Source: an uncultured virus (IMG/VR IMGVR_UViG_2778261679_000001)
Taxonomy: Duplodnaviria; Heunggongvirae; Uroviricota; Caudoviricetes
Direction: 5' to 3' (one strand)
DNA: 53,854 bases
Virus record (IMG/VR): IMGVR_UViG_2778261679_000001
Below the pieces are notes generated by a model. That model was not told the DNA's origin, made no database searches, and worked only from the letters and a program-made list of their open reading frames with translations. Both the position numbers and the translations under genes were made by a program. The number at the start of each line of letters is the position of its first letter. Positions within the stretch are counted from its first letter, which is position 1. This document shows, in pieces, positions 30,959-40,385 of the stretch.

Positions 30959-31348
30959 TTAATAAATTTTTCCTGATTGCCATAATGAATATATGTATTC
31001 GAATGAATCCTTATATTCTTCTTTTTTTATTTTGCCATTTCTATCAAATATCAAATTTGATATTTTAAATATTCTTATATTGAAAGAAAGCTCTATTATT
31101 CTAATTAATCTTCTTAAAGATTTATTATCAAGATCTTCTTCAAACATTTTTTCATATATTTTTTTCAATTTATACTTTTCGAGAACTGGATTAAATACAT
31201 TAAGTTCGAACAATTCATTGTCACTTCTTCTTCTATATGAATCTATATATTTTATTACTTCAAAATTTTTATCTTTAAAATTTTTTTCTTTACATATTGT
31301 AAAATGTGATTTCGGTTTCTTAACCGTTCTTGTTTGTAATTCTACCAT
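30959..31348 (-). CDS. hypothetical basic protein
   Basis: AGGAGG RBS on minus strand. Confidence 0.65.
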   Translation of the reverse strand: MVELQTRTVKKPKSHFTICKEKNFKDKNFEVIKYIDSYRRRSDNELFELNVFNPVLEKYKLKKIYEKMFEEDLDNKSLRRLIRIIELSFNIRIFKISNLIFDRNGKIKKEEYKDSFEYIYSLWQSGKIY

Positions 31349-31787
31349 GTTACCTCCTTATTAACGTTATGATTCGTTACTAATATTTATTAGATTTGTA
31401 ATTCATTTTTTTCTTTCATTTTTTTTTAATTTTTTTTTATCTAAAAAAAATAAGGTTTATTTTAATGGTTTTTTATTTCTATTTATGTTATTATTTTTTA
31501 TGTTTGTTTTTGTTTGGCAGGACTCACTTCTGATTATTAAGAATGAAGAAAAAACCCTTTCGGGTTTTTTCTTTTGTCACTTTTTCGCCATCAACATAAC
31601 GATAAGCATCTTTGACTGTCTGGATTTCATTAAAACTTATTTATAAAAATCTGTCAAATATCACACTTTTATTAAGATTTCACTAAAAATGAATAAAAAA
31701 TCTTGTCATTCCTTATTTATATATCTATAATTAACCTATCTTAAAGAGAGCAATGTTTGTTCTTGGACTTTACACAAAGGTTGAAGT

Positions 31788-32054
31788 ATGGAAGACCAGA
31801 AATTAATTGATTTGTATCTTGATTACTGTAATGATTTTTTAACAATCGAACGTTTTTCTGAATATCACAATTTGTCTGTTAATGAATCTCGAAGTATTAT
31901 TGCTCGTGGGAAGGTTAAGTATTTGTCTCAAAACCCTAGCCAAAGACTATTCTTTACTCTAAACACGAAACCAATGAACGATGTCAGCCCTGCGAATGCT
32001 GCTTTCTTCAAAAAAAGATACGAAGATAAGTTATTATCAGAACATTCTGCATAA
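31788..32054 (+). CDS. hypothetical protein
   Basis: YLDYCNDFLTIERFSEY motif; AAGG RBS. Confidence 0.7.
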   Translation: MEDQKLIDLYLDYCNDFLTIERFSEYHNLSVNESRSIIARGKVKYLSQNPSQRLFFTLNTKPMNDVSPANAAFFKKRYEDKLLSEHSA

Positions 32055-32155
32055 CAAAAAAAATCGTCTTCAAGACGGCTTTTTTTATTGCCATTGTTTT
32101 AAAAAATCGGTATTATATGCCCATACTCAAAAAGCAATGATTAAAGGTAAGCAAA

Positions 32156-32764
32156 ATGACTAATCAAACTATTTTCCAAGTTGTTTTTTCAGATTACATG
32201 GAATGGGAATATGACAATCGAGATGTTGTTGCAAGTGCTACCGATCTTGAAACTGCTATTTCATTAGCAAAAGAATATTTATTGAAAACAATCTTTTCGC
32301 CTGTCAAAGATAATGACCAGAACGCATATTTTGTCCCTAACTTTCATCGTTTTAACGATTTTAGCCCTGCTTTACCAGAACTTTTCAAGAACAAGAAAAA
32401 AAGTCGTATCGATGAACATACAAATATCTTTGTTTTTGCACAAGAGTTAAACACCCTTGCAGACAAGAAAAGCTCAAATATTGTTTGGACTATGGATATT
32501 AATTTCTTATTCAACTTGTTTTCTGACAAGCTTGATCTTATTACTAAACGTGATGGATTAGAAAATCTTCCTTTGGAAGAAAAAGTCTCTTTCTGGAATG
32601 CTTTTCGTAAAAATCCACGTATCTTTGAAACAGGTGTTTCTGTCTCATTCTGGGACTCAAAAGGAATCGATTTTGGTGATTGCACTTTGTCAGGTGCAGA
32701 ACTATGGTCTATGACCAAACAAAATCAAAAAGAAATCGAAATCTTTGAAAAATATGAGCTTTAA
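32156..32764 (+). CDS. hypothetical protein, paralog of 9678-10316
   Basis: Shared motifs with 9678-10316. Confidence 0.8.
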   Translation: MTNQTIFQVVFSDYMEWEYDNRDVVASATDLETAISLAKEYLLKTIFSPVKDNDQNAYFVPNFHRFNDFSPALPELFKNKKKSRIDEHTNIFVFAQELNTLADKKSSNIVWTMDINFLFNLFSDKLDLITKRDGLENLPLEEKVSFWNAFRKNPRIFETGVSVSFWDSKGIDFGDCTLSGAELWSMTKQNQKEIEIFEKYEL

Positions 32765-32833
32765 GCTCATATTTTCTTTATCTTTATCGCTTATTTCGGT
32801 ATAATAAGGACATTAAAAGAGAGAGACTTTATT

Positions 32834-33274
32834 ATGAGTCATGAAACTGCAAAAGCTGTAATTATCGACACTATTAACGGCATTCAAGCTACCTTGAAAG
32901 AGTCAAAAGAATTGTGTCAAAAACTTAATTCAGAAGAATACAATAGTTTAACGAGCTTTATTAATGAAGTCACTGATAATATTCGAGCTAGTTTAGTTTA
33001 TATCTCTGTTCGATTTGATATCAAGTCTTATGACGAATCTCTAATCATTTGCCCTGTTAAGCTTAAATTTGTCCTTGGCAATGAAATGCTGTGTGATTTG
33101 CTATTAAAGGATCTTAAAAAAGTATCAGAACAAGGTATGCAGATTAATTTTGATTTAACTATGGATCAAGACTCCCTTGACCGTGATAATGTTGATTTAG
33201 AAGAAATCTATAAAGCAACTAATCTTATGAGCAAAGCTTTTGAATACGTTAGCGTTGGTGTATACAAACCTTAA
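32834..33274 (+). CDS. hypothetical protein
   Basis: 146-aa ORF. Confidence 0.75.
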   Translation: MSHETAKAVIIDTINGIQATLKESKELCQKLNSEEYNSLTSFINEVTDNIRASLVYISVRFDIKSYDESLIICPVKLKFVLGNEMLCDLLLKDLKKVSEQGMQINFDLTMDQDSLDRDNVDLEEIYKATNLMSKAFEYVSVGVYKP

Positions 33275-33362
33275 AAAATCGCAAAAAATATGGAAGAATA
33301 TTAGACTTCCAAGGATATTGAACTATACTTGTTGTATGTAAAATAATTAAAGGCAAATCATT

Positions 33363-33599
33363 ATGTCGATAATGAAAATCAATACTCTTAATGAAGAAGC
33401 ACAACATATTTTCCATTCTAACCTTGTAAGAGAGGGCGCAGCCTTTGCTAAATTTGGCACTGCCTTTCTTGTTGATTCGAACCTTGCTATGCAATACAGA
33501 AACGCTTTTGATGGTTTGTGGCAAGGTTATAACGCAAATATTGAAATGCAAGAATTGACCGATTTTGATCTAAAACAAGAATTAAAAACTCAATGTTAA
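33363..33599 (+). CDS. hypothetical protein
   Basis: AAGG RBS. Confidence 0.7.
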   Translation: MSIMKINTLNEEAQHIFHSNLVREGAAFAKFGTAFLVDSNLAMQYRNAFDGLWQGYNANIEMQELTDFDLKQELKTQC

Positions 33600-33664
33600 T
33601 GGTTGTTTATTGTTTTAGTTTTTGGTATAATTTTTATTATCTTATCTAGCAAGAGTAATTAAAA

Positions 33665-34105
33665 ATGATTAAAATTGAAAACCACAAAGATATTGAGTCT
33701 AATGTTAAATCTATTATTGATTCTCATAATTTTGATGAGCTTGCTTGCGATGATTTCAAAATGTCTTGGCAGATCTTGAAAAACGCTTGCGAACAAGATA
33801 ATCATTCAGCATTCTTTGTTCTTCCTGCTGTTGTTAATCACTTATCTAAAATTCAAACGAAGAATAGAGATTTCTATGACTTCATTAACGCTGTTAAAGA
33901 AGTTAATGACGCTACTTCTGAGTTTGTTTCAAATGAAAACCCTATCACCTTAGAAGATTTAAAAGGTATGTTTGGTTTCGCAGGTTTGTCTTTCTACATT
34001 GACCGAAGAAATTGTGCAGACGATATCAGCGATGAACTATTAGAGCAGGTTTTACAAAAAGTTTATACTGATAATTACTTAGATCTTACTCTAAAAGAAG
34101 AATAA
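33665..34105 (+). CDS. hypothetical protein
   Basis: 146-aa ORF. Confidence 0.75.
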   Translation: MIKIENHKDIESNVKSIIDSHNFDELACDDFKMSWQILKNACEQDNHSAFFVLPAVVNHLSKIQTKNRDFYDFINAVKEVNDATSEFVSNENPITLEDLKGMFGFAGLSFYIDRRNCADDISDELLEQVLQKVYTDNYLDLTLKEE

Positions 34106-34189
34106 AAAAATAACTTGATTTAATTCTCAAAGGCGGATATAATATGCGTCTTCAATTTTTATAAATATTTAAATAGGAAAAATAAGAAC

Positions 34190-34462
34190 ATGAAAACACA
34201 AATTTCTGCAACAGTTAAAAACGCATTCCAAGCAGTTCTAAATCGTGTAATGCTTGAAACCAAAAAAGGCACTTCAAAAGAAGACGTAAAAGCAATGGTC
34301 GTTGATCACCTAACAAAAATGGCTAATAAATCTCAGAATCATTATGATAAAGAGCACCTACTTGATAAAACACTGTTCAATCATCACATTGAATCTGAAT
34401 ACATTAACCAAGTTATTCACGAAAACATGCGAAACTTCCTTAAAGACGAAGTTGTATACTAA
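34190..34462 (+). CDS. hypothetical protein
   Basis: AGGA RBS. Confidence 0.75.
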   Translation: MKTQISATVKNAFQAVLNRVMLETKKGTSKEDVKAMVVDHLTKMANKSQNHYDKEHLLDKTLFNHHIESEYINQVIHENMRNFLKDEVVY

Positions 34463-34629
34463 AATAAACTGAATTATTTTTTAGATCAGATTTACTTTTA
34501 AACCGTAGTTTTTTAAAGCTACGGTTTTTATTATTTTATATAAACAAATTATTTAATTTGTGCTACAAAAAAAAACTGATAGAATCAACCTTGAAATAAT
34601 AACAATAATAAACAATTCTAGGAGGTATT

Positions 34630-34908
34630 ATGTCATTAGATGCTACATTCCAAATTAAAAATCCACATGGACTACACGCAAGACCAGGGGCTTTATTGGT
34701 TGCAGAAGCGAAAAAATTCGAATCAAAAATAACAGTGCTTAATTTAGAAAACAATTCAGAACCTGTCAGTGCTAAAAGTTTAATGAAAATAATGACGCTT
34801 GGTGTAAAAAACGGTCATAAACTTCAATTTACTGCTGACGGTGGAGACGCAAAAGAAGCGTTAGACGCTATTGGTAAAGCTATTGATTCTGGTTTAGGCG
34901 AATCATAA
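34630..34908 (+). CDS. HPr-family PTS phosphocarrier, stand-alone FruB/FPr-type domain
   Basis: KNPHGLHARPG (active His), SAKSLMKIMTLGVK, C-terminal SGLGE; AGGAGG RBS. Confidence 0.92.
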   Translation: MSLDATFQIKNPHGLHARPGALLVAEAKKFESKITVLNLENNSEPVSAKSLMKIMTLGVKNGHKLQFTADGGDAKEALDAIGKAIDSGLGES

Positions 34909-35004
34909 CCTTAGAATAATTAACACATTAAGACACTTTTTAGTGTCTTTTTTTTGTATTTTTGCTATAATAAAACAAATATTCAAACACTTAATAGGCT
35001 TAGA

Positions 35005-35298
35005 ATGATAGATTACACAGAAAGGGCATTAAAACAAAAAAATGCTTTCAGCAAAATTTTCAATCAGACTGACGTTAGATTTGTTGATAACATCAAAGCA
35101 ACTTATTACGAACATAAAACATTACCTATTAAAGCACATTTGTTTTTTGTTTATGGCGAAGAAGCAAAAGACAAAACAAAGCCTGTTATCGGTATTGAAG
35201 CTCGTATCGAACCTAAGCGAAACATAGAGCAAAATATGATCAAAACTGTTGAAAAAGAAATCAATTTACTAGGTGAAAAATACCTTATTCGTGATTAA
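35005..35298 (+). CDS. hypothetical protein
   Basis: Start moved to the ATG after AGG. Confidence 0.7.
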   Translation: MIDYTERALKQKNAFSKIFNQTDVRFVDNIKATYYEHKTLPIKAHLFFVYGEEAKDKTKPVIGIEARIEPKRNIEQNMIKTVEKEINLLGEKYLIRD

Positions 35299-35364
35299 AT
35301 GGTTGTTTTTTGCTTTTAAAATTGATAAAATACTATCATTGAAATTAATCAATAAGGCATTCTT

Positions 35365-35988
35365 ATGAAACACGATAAAGCGAGAATCAAAGAAATATTC
35401 AATTTTCACTCAGAAGGTGAATCGTTATTTCATAGTTCTCAGTTTCAAGATCATTGTTGCAACTTCTGCAGTGGTAACGCAGAAAAACATGACGAAGATT
35501 GCCTTGGCATGGAAATGCGCAAATGCTTAGAATACAGCGAATATTTCGAAAACAACTACAAACGTGTTGCTCTTGAAATCGCTATTGGTATAGAATATCA
35601 TGCTGTTGCTCATTATATCCATTTTGATTCTTGTGCTTTTTGTGGCGAAGAAGACGACCACGATGAAGATTGTGCAATGTATGAAATGCGAGAGCTTGTT
35701 GCCGATCTATGGAAAGAACATTGTGAAAAAGTTGAAACCGAGAAAGCTGAAAAAGAACGCAAGGAAAAAGAAGCAAAAGCAAGAATAGATCGATTGAAAC
35801 GCAGAAACGAAAATCGTAAAAAAAGTGAACGTGAAGCACACGAAGCACGTTGGGCAAGAGAAGCGGCTGAATCTGGCAAACACGTTTGTAAATACTGTAA
35901 ACGTCCTGCTGCCAATCTGGAAGCACATTGGGCAGGGCGCAACTGCACAAGATTCCGTGAAAAGCACAATCTTAAATTTGTAGATTAA
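35365..35988 (+). CDS. Cys/His-rich zinc-binding protein with coiled coil
   Basis: Two CxxC...HDEDC repeats plus C-terminal CxxC...H...C. Confidence 0.75.
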   Translation: MKHDKARIKEIFNFHSEGESLFHSSQFQDHCCNFCSGNAEKHDEDCLGMEMRKCLEYSEYFENNYKRVALEIAIGIEYHAVAHYIHFDSCAFCGEEDDHDEDCAMYEMRELVADLWKEHCEKVETEKAEKERKEKEAKARIDRLKRRNENRKKSEREAHEARWAREAAESGKHVCKYCKRPAANLEAHWAGRNCTRFREKHNLKFVD

Positions 35989-36018
35989 AGCCTTTCGGGG
36001 TTTTTTTACCGAGGTTTT

Positions 36019-36300
36019 ATGATCAAATTATTCAAAAAAAAATTAAGCTTTAAGAAAGAGAAAAGGTTAATTAAATACATTCCTTTTAGCCGCTACTGGA
36101 CTATGTATTATGACAATGGTGATGTTTGTCGTTTTGAATCTCGTTATTGCATTAACGTCTATGAAGACCATACAGTTGATTATGAAGTTCTTTGGTCGAA
36201 CTATCCAAATTATCACCCTATTCACAAGCTTATTATCTTATTTAAAGAGCGAAAATCCATTAGACAAATAGTTGACGAATTTAATAAAAAAGCCTTTTAA
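36019..36300 (+). CDS. hypothetical protein
   Basis: GAGG RBS. Confidence 0.65.
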   Translation: MIKLFKKKLSFKKEKRLIKYIPFSRYWTMYYDNGDVCRFESRYCINVYEDHTVDYEVLWSNYPNYHPIHKLIILFKERKSIRQIVDEFNKKAF

Positions 36301-36373
36301 CTGCGGCTTTTTTATTGATTTAAAAACAAAAAAATACTATAATACTTTCAGTTTAAACAAATGAGTAAAAATT

Positions 36374-36970
36374 ATGCTTTCTAAGAAAATCCAAGATAGT
36401 CTAATTAATAAAATGGCAGCAAATGGTGAGAAGTTTACACCAATGCAATCTTCATACATTAACTCTATTATGCGTATTTCTGACGGGACACTTCAAACAC
36501 TTTGTCGTGAATCGAATACCCTAAATACTGATAAGACAGATCAATATGATTTTTTATTTGTTGTCCGAATGATGTTTCAAAATTTTGTTGTAAATCAATA
36601 TATTAATGATAATGTTATTTACCCTAATCATTGTGAAGCGTGGATCGCTTTCCGTGACGAACTACCACAAGTCCCTGAAAATAAGATTGTTCGTGTTGAT
36701 TATATCAATTACGCTTCTGAGATTGAGTTAACAAAACTATTTACTGTTACATTCTCTCTCTTTGATATTGATTCTACGGAAGCAGATCAAATCAGTGACG
36801 TATTGGATAATAAAAATCAATTCTTTGCTTTCCAGTTAACAGAGCAAGAGCGATTAAAGATTTTGACCAATACATTCACTTTTAAATGCGGCTTATTTGA
36901 AGAAATTGAAAATGCAAAAGCACTTGATCAGTCTTATGCAAGTCCTTATGGTCAAATGACATACGCCTAA
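36374..36970 (+). CDS. hypothetical protein
   Basis: 198-aa ORF. Confidence 0.75.
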   Translation: MLSKKIQDSLINKMAANGEKFTPMQSSYINSIMRISDGTLQTLCRESNTLNTDKTDQYDFLFVVRMMFQNFVVNQYINDNVIYPNHCEAWIAFRDELPQVPENKIVRVDYINYASEIELTKLFTVTFSLFDIDSTEADQISDVLDNKNQFFAFQLTEQERLKILTNTFTFKCGLFEEIENAKALDQSYASPYGQMTYA

Positions 36971-37065
36971 CTTTATTTATTAGGGCTGTTTGTTAATAGC
37001 CATATTTTTCTTGCTTTTTCTTTTATTTTTTGTTAATTTAATCCCACAATTTATTGGGGAGGGTT

Positions 37066-37446
37066 ATGTTTGAACAAGTTTTAAAAAAAGACCAAGAAAA
37101 TAGGAAAGATATTCAAAATCATATCTTAGACCTGATTAATTTGAAGTTTAAATCTGAAAGTGATTCTGTTCGCATTAGGATCGCAGAAAAAGACGATATC
37201 GATAAAGCCAGAGAAAGGCTTTCTAAAATGCACAATAATAAACTTTCAGGTATCATATTTGAATATCCTGAACTATATGGCGGATATTCTGCACCTTATG
37301 ACGAATATCGCCCTATTGATATTACTATAAGCTTAGAACCTGATACATATGACATCACCATTGCTTCTTATGGCAAGCTATTCAACACAGAGCACTTATC
37401 TATTAAAGATTATCTCATGGTCTTTGGCTTTTTAAACGATATTTAA
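37066..37446 (+). CDS. hypothetical protein
   Basis: GGAGGG RBS. Confidence 0.7.
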   Translation: MFEQVLKKDQENRKDIQNHILDLINLKFKSESDSVRIRIAEKDDIDKARERLSKMHNNKLSGIIFEYPELYGGYSAPYDEYRPIDITISLEPDTYDITIASYGKLFNTEHLSIKDYLMVFGFLNDI

Positions 37447-37530
37447 AACAAAAAAAAGATAGGTTTCTTACCTATCTTTTCTTTTTTGTGCTATAATTAA
37501 CCTAAGTTAAAAACAACTAGGTTATCAAAT

Positions 37531-37749
37531 ATGTTAGAAAATAGTCTTAAAGTTATTGTTTCTGCAATTTCAATGGTTCTTACCATTAAGTTCTTATTTT
37601 TAATCTTTCCTATGGAAATGACGAAACCTAACCATGATATGATTCTTATCCTTGTTGGCTTTATTACAGGTATATTTATCTATTATGGACTTGAAGAATT
37701 TATTACCAAAATTAAAATTATCCGAAGACAAAAACTTTGGCATGATTAA
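37531..37749 (+). CDS. two-TM membrane protein
   Basis: Two hydrophobic segments. Confidence 0.65.
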   Translation: MLENSLKVIVSAISMVLTIKFLFLIFPMEMTKPNHDMILILVGFITGIFIYYGLEEFITKIKIIRRQKLWHD

Positions 37750-37826
37750 AAACAAAAAAAGAAACCGCTAGATAGCGGTTTTTTTATTTGCCTATAAAAA
37801 AAGAGCCATTCGAGGCTCTTTTTTGT

Positions 37827-38273
37827 TTAACTGAAAAATTCATTAACTTCTGGTGCTTTTTCTTTATTTACCATTACCCATTCGTCTTCTGTTTCAAAGA
37901 TTGATTCAAAACCTTGTCTTTTATAAAAGTCTTTTAGGTTAAAACCTTCTCTTTGTTTTATGTGTTTTCTGGCTACCACAAACTTAAAATCAATATCTTT
38001 TGTTACTTGATTGAATGATTTGACCAGATTACGACCTATGCCTTTGCCTCTATCTACCTCGTCAACGTGTAAAACAGATAGCATTGCACAAGACGATTGG
38101 TATTGCTCTATAAACATAAGAAAGTGATTTGCAAATTCGTCAGGTAAAATTGTGTATCTATCCAACTCCAAGCAGATCACGCCAAAATCAGACATATCAG
38201 TAACACTTACACCTTTAATTTGAGCGTATTTTTCTAATGTGTCATTTTCTCTTGTGAAAACTATTCGTTTCAT
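37827..38273 (-). CDS. GNAT-family N-acetyltransferase
   Basis: LHV...RGKGIG motif A; FYKRQGF. Confidence 0.8.
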   Translation of the reverse strand: MKRIVFTRENDTLEKYAQIKGVSVTDMSDFGVICLELDRYTILPDEFANHFLMFIEQYQSSCAMLSVLHVDEVDRGKGIGRNLVKSFNQVTKDIDFKFVVARKHIKQREGFNLKDFYKRQGFESIFETEDEWVMVNKEKAPEVNEFFS

Positions 38274-38639
38274 TTTAATAAACCTTGTTTTAAAAACTAT
38301 GCTTATTATAGCCTATTCGTTTGGTTTTTTCAATTTTTTTGTTGTTTTTATATTCATTTTTGTTGAAAGTTTAGCCATGTTGGTTAAAGCTTGTTCGAAC
38401 GTTCTTTTTATCAAAAAAAAACCTGGTTTTTGAAAACAGTCTTTACTATACTTATTCTCGTTGTCAGGGAGAACTCTCTGATTTAACCTTTATGCTCTTT
38501 AAAAAAAGTAATTGTTGTTTGGTCTTTATTTAACCATTTGAAAATATTCGTTAAATATCAAAAAAAAAGACTTGTAATTAGAAAAATCTTGTTCTATAAT
38601 TACTTCACTTTCTTAGAGAGATAATCTTTAAATAAGTAT

Positions 38640-38724
38640 GCGATCATGGTGGAATTGGTAGACACAAGGGATTTAAAATCCCTCGCTATATGGCGTCCGA
38701 GTTCAAGTCTCGGTGGTCGCACCA
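38640..38724 (+). tRNA. tRNA-Leu(TAA)
   Basis: Cloverleaf with long variable arm, AGGGA-TTTAAAA-TCCCT, CCA end. Confidence 0.95.
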
Positions 38725-38827
38725 AATAAAGTTGAAAAGTGAATAAAAAATCATTTGACTCTTTGTTTGAAGGTAACTATAATTGATTACAGATAACAAT
38801 AGTTATTTAAGAATTGTTTGGTTGATT

Positions 38828-38900
38828 GTTAAGTTCGTCTAGTGGTCAAGGACACCAACCCTTCACGTTGGTAACAGTGGTTCGAATCCGCTACTTAACA
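38828..38900 (+). tRNA. tRNA-Glu(TTC), atypical (C33, no encoded CCA)
   Basis: GTTAAGT/ACTTAAC acceptor; CCAAC-CCTTCAC-GTTGG; GGTTCGAATCC. Confidence 0.8.
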
Positions 38901-38914
38901 GTTATACATATTAT

Positions 38915-38991
38915 GCACCCTTAGCTCAGTTGGATAGAGCACGTGCCTTCTAAGCATGTGGTCGCAGGTTCGAATCCTGCAGGGTGTGCCA
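38915..38991 (+). tRNA. tRNA-Arg(TCT)
   Basis: Canonical cloverleaf, loop CTTCTAA, CCA. Confidence 0.95.
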
Positions 38992-39026
38992 TCTTTAAGC
39001 ACTTTTCACCAAGAGTGTTTAAAAAT

Positions 39027-39217
39027 GGTAAGGAAGGAAGGCTTTTATTCCAATAGCTCGTAGCTATGTTCGCAGATAAGCCGTCAAATTAATAGTAGGT
39101 TAGTTAAATCCTGCCTCTCTACTTTTAAGAGGGAAAGAAGATTTACTCTGGGTGTCGAAAGCCTATTCGCAGGTTAACGAACTATTTAATGAGACTGGAT
39201 GTAATTCTGCCCTTACC
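39027..39217 (+). ncRNA. ~190-nt rod-like structured RNA within tRNA operon
   Basis: GGTAAGG/CCTTACC closing stem with nested stems TTCCA/TGGA, CTCGT/ATGAG, GTTCG/CGAAC, AGTAGGTT/AGCCTATT. Confidence 0.55.
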
Positions 39218-39227
39218 TGAAATATAT

Positions 39228-39304
39228 GCTTCCTTAGCTCAGTTGGTTAGAGCGTCCGACTCATAATCGGTAGGTCACAAGTTCAAGTCTTGTAGGAAGC
39301 ACCA
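39228..39304 (+). tRNA. tRNA-CAT (Ile2-like or Met)
   Basis: CCGA-CTCATAA-TCGG; resembles bacterial tRNA-Ile2; CCA. Confidence 0.9.
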
Positions 39305-39335
39305 TTTTATTTAATTTTGGTTTAAAGGTATCAAG

Positions 39336-39671
39336 ATGAAAAGAATCACTCTTTTACAACAGGCTTTTCGAGAATTTCAATGTGCTTCACAATGGGTTAC
39401 AAGTAATCCTAGCCGATACGTTGAATGTTTGAGCAAAGCAGAGTCAATTATCGAAATCTTAGAAATAGAAGATTGTGGATCAGTTGGCGGATTTGATAAA
39501 GAGAATAAATGTAAAGCTGTTACTGGCTTTAAACTTTATGACCGTTTTTTAACTGTTATAAGAAAAAACAATGAATATTCTGATTTGAAAGACGAATGTG
39601 AATTTACCGTTGAACTTCTTGGTGAATACTATAAGGTAATTCATAGTTTTCGAAGTGATATTTTGAGATAA
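39336..39671 (+). CDS. hypothetical protein within tRNA cluster
   Basis: AAGG RBS, 111 aa. Confidence 0.7.
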   Translation: MKRITLLQQAFREFQCASQWVTSNPSRYVECLSKAESIIEILEIEDCGSVGGFDKENKCKAVTGFKLYDRFLTVIRKNNEYSDLKDECEFTVELLGEYYKVIHSFRSDILR

Positions 39672-39770
39672 TTTTTAAAATAAGTTGATTTCTAAAACGT
39701 TTTTAGGTATTATATCTTCATTAATTAACATCTTGAAAGTGTTTTTAAAAAATCAATTTTTAAAAGTTTA

Positions 39771-39837
39771 AATTGTATCTTCTAGCGGTCTAGAATACTC
39801 CGACTGTTGAAATGTTGGTTCCAATCCATCTACAATT
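39771..39837 (+). pseudogene. tRNA-like remnant lacking the anticodon arm
   Basis: AATTGTA/TACAATT acceptor, D-like arm, degenerate T loop TTCCAAT; no CCA. Confidence 0.55.
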
Positions 39838-39858
39838 TAATAGTTTTTTAAACAATAT

Positions 39859-39935
39859 GCTCCCTTAGCTCAGTTGGTTAGAGCGTCCGACTCATAATCG
39901 GTAGGTCAATGGTTCAAGTCCATTAGGGAGCACCA
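39859..39935 (+). tRNA. tRNA-CAT (Ile2-like or Met), second copy
   Basis: Same D and anticodon arms as 39228 copy; compensated acceptor and T stems; CCA. Confidence 0.9.
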
Positions 39936-39985
39936 TCTTTAAGACTATTTTTGAAAGTGTTTTTAAGATAAAACTTATTAAAAAT

Positions 39986-40054
39986 CGCTCTGTAAGGCTT
40001 TGTCAGGGACTCTAAATCCTACGGCAGAGGGTTCGAATCCCTCCAGAGCGACCA
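39986..40054 (+). tRNA. atypical tRNA with CUA (amber) anticodon and reduced D arm
   Basis: CGCTCTG/CAGAGCG + ACCA; GGGA-CTCTAAA-TCCT; GAGGG-TTCGAAT-CCCTC. Confidence 0.7.
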
Positions 40055-40071
40055 TTTTTATTTCAAGTCGT

Positions 40072-40090
40072 GCGCCCTTAGTTCAGTTGG
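40072..40090 (+). pseudogene. 5' fragment of a tRNA (Arg-like)
   Basis: GCGCCCTTAGTTCAGTTGG, then similarity stops. Confidence 0.45.
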
Positions 40091-40252
40091 GTGTGATACT
40101 TTTGAGCTGTGTATTTAATTTATTTTGCTCTTTTATAATAAAATATTACCAAAAAATGATTTAAAAATAGTTTATTTAATCCTTGTTATTCTTGATTATC
40201 TCAACTATAATTTCTTTATTAAATCGAGACAAGTTCTTGATTTGAAAAAAAT

Positions 40253-40337
40253 GCGGGTATGGTGGAATTGGTAGACACAAGGGATTTAAAATCCCTCGCT
40301 ATTTGGCGTCCGAGTTCAAGTCTCGGTATCCGCACCA
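40253..40337 (+). tRNA. tRNA-Leu(TAA), second copy
   Basis: Nearly identical to 38640 copy except acceptor stem; CCA. Confidence 0.95.
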
Positions 40338-40385
40338 AAAAAAATGATATAGATATTATATTCATATAGCATAAAAAGGCTACGT

